Source: Camelus ferus (taxonomy: Eukaryota). Taken from it: a DNA stretch of 64,000 bases. How positions within the stretch are numbered: position 1 is the stretch's first letter; each line of letters opens with the position of its first letter. Shown here piece by piece: positions 62,193-64,000 of the stretch. Under the pieces are notes generated by a model. That model was not told where the DNA came from. It saw only the letters and a program-made list of their open reading frames with translations, and ran no database searches. Position numbers and translations under genes: made by a program. Location of the stretch: NCBI RefSeq assembly GCF_009834535.1, contig NC_045696.1, forward strand, positions 89,344,001-89,408,000, written 5' to 3'.

Positions 62193-62617
62193 TGCTGTGG
62201 ACTGGACTGCCCCTCCCACCCCCTCCCTGCCCCTTCATAGTTTGAAGCCTTAACTTCCAGTGTGATGCTATTTGGAGATGGAGCCTTTGGGAGATAATTA
62301 GGTTTAGGTGGGGTCGTGAGGCTAAGCCCCCATGATGGGGTTGGTGGGCTTATAAGAAGAGACACTAGAGCTCTCCCTCTCTCTGTCTCCCTCTCTGTCT
62401 CCCTCTCTCTCTCTCTCTCTCTCCATCTCTCTCTCTCTCTGCCATGAGAGGACACAGGGAGAAGGCAGCCGACGGCGACTCAGGAAGACTCACCAGAACC
62501 CCGCCATGCCGGCACCCTGACTTTGGACTTCTAGCCTTCAGAACTGTGAGAAAATAAATTTCTGTTGTTTACGCCAGTCTATGGTATTTTGTTGCCGCGC
62601 CCTAAGCAGACTAAATA
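62193..62617 (+). mobile_element. MLT1A-like MaLR LTR with internal (CT)n expansion
   Basis: tttggagatggagcctttgggagataattagg...ttcagaactgtgagaaaataaatttctgttgttt...gcagactaa. Confidence 0.88.
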
Positions 62618-62781
62618 ATGGGCAAAAGTCCATCTTTGACGTTATCCTTTCTTGCTCTGATGCTTTTCTCTTGGAAAATTTCATCGTTTTTCCAGTGGTT
62701 TCAAACTCTTCCTTGAACTCCAGACCCACATCTCCACTTACAGGCACATAAACCAACAGGATTCAAATAAACCACTGCCCT

Positions 62782-62890
62782 CTTTTTTATTGATGTATAG
62801 TTGATTTACAATGTTTCAAGTGTACAGCAAAGTGATTCAGTTACACACACATATATAAATCCATTCTTTTTCAGATTCTTCCTCCCATAT
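62782..62890 (-). mobile_element. Short L1 3' end
   Basis: ttttattgatgtatagttgatttacaatgtttcaagtgtacagcaaagtgattcag. Confidence 0.8.
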
Positions 62891-63435
62891 TTTTGCTTTT
62901 GAATCTGTTTTCCAACCTGGAAACTGGGAGTCATACTTCATTTATTCGTTAGATAGTTGTTTTTTGAGCACAGTGTGCCAGGAATTGGTGTAAATGCCAG
63001 GGACACAGCAGTGCGTAAGAACTTCCTGTCCTCATGAGCTGCGGCAGGACTGCTCCTGCCCCTTCACCCCATGTCCAGTTGGACTCCATGTCCTCAGTGC
63101 TTAAAACCTCTCCAAAGCTGACCCTCTCCTCCACCCCCACTGCTTTCCTTAAGCTCTCATCTCCCCTTACCTGGACGTCTTCCTTGCCTCCTAACTAGCC
63201 GCCCTGATACCAGGCTGCTCCCGCCCTCCACCAGAGTTAACTGGAAAAAAAAAAATCAAATCTGCTCCACAGCTGAAGATTTCTATCTCTCCTTTCACCA
63301 AGGGACCCTTTTGTTTGGCTTCAGTCACCTTTTGCTTTTTGATCTGGCTTCTTCTGACTTCTCTAGCTTTTTTCTTATGAAGCATATAACACATGCAGAA
63401 TAGTGCCCGTGGTGCAAATAATCAGTGAACTTTTA

Positions 63436-63575
63436 TTACTTTATTTTTTTTGTTTGTGGCAGGAGGTAATTAAGTTTATTTATTCATTATTTATTTAATG
63501 GAGGTACTGGGAATTGAACCCAGGACCTCGTGCATGCCAAGCACGCACTGTACCGCTGAGCTGTACCCTCCCCGC
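63436..63575 (-). mobile_element. Camelid SINE
   Basis: gaggtactgggaattgaacccaggacctcgtgcatgcc...gctgagctgtaccctcccc; TSD agtgaac(a)tttta. Confidence 0.9.
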
Positions 63576-64000
63576 TCAGAGTGAACATTTTACCATCCCC
63601 CAAACATGTCAGGTTCTTTCTTGATACTTTGTTATCTGTATGCTCAGTATTCCCTCCACCTGCACTGTCCTTCCCCCACCTCTTCTTGGCCTAAAGTTTG
63701 AAGAGCCTGTTTTGGTGCCAACTCTTTGGTGAAATTTTCTTAATTTTTCAGGGTAGTTTTTGAGAAAAGTTGCTCCCATGCCCACCTCCTCCCTGCCAAA
63801 CTCCCACAGAACCCCGTTCACGTACCAGAGATACCTGCTGAATTCCTCTATTATTACCTCTCTGTCTGCTTTGAGGACGGGGGTCTATGTCTATTTATTT
63901 CTAGATCTCTAGTACCTGCTGGACGAGCCTGTTCATAGAAGGCAACTGACACATTATTCATAAAGACACGTTGTCCAATCTCAAAGAAAGTTTACTCTGA

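Noticed and set aside
1300..64000. IL12A-AS1 exons, SCHIP1 3' exons, miRNA or snoRNA genes, CRISPR or other prokaryotic systems
   Set aside because: IL12A-AS1 is expected by synteny but its exons cannot be placed by eye; no SCHIP1 coding sequence or known small-RNA sequence was recognised; the DNA is mammalian with no repeat-spacer array.

Overview
Mammalian genomic DNA, very likely camelid (camel/llama/alpaca): it carries 12 copies of the tRNA-Ala-derived camelid SINE (Vic-1 type). The only recognisable protein-coding gene is the 5' end of IL12A (interleukin-12 p35) on the minus strand. Exon 1 has ATG at 812-810 and its donor after 797; intron 1 is 653 bp; exon 2 runs from 143 off the window start. 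The spliced product reads MCPPRSLFLMATLVFLIHLDHLSLA|RSLPTTTAGPGMFQCLSHSQNLLRAVSD. Its CpG-island promoter shows TATA, NF-kB, IRF-E and GC boxes. The other ~63 kb is IL12A upstream intergenic DNA (in human the SCHIP1-IL12A interval, overlapped by IL12A-AS1; no SCHIP1 exon recognised here). It is mostly L1, L2, MIR, MaLR, hAT and two ERV1-like solo LTRs, separated by unique islands carrying immune transcription-factor motifs. The supplied long ORFs look spurious. I found no convincing new protein-coding system. Best leads: two start-stop uORFs and absence of the human 34-aa N-terminal extension in the IL12A leader; a candidate spliced transcript on the IL12A strand about 27-29 kb upstream; several candidate enhancers; and LTR promoters facing IL12A. 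Repeat boundaries and subfamily names are by eye and approximate; human comparisons are from memory.
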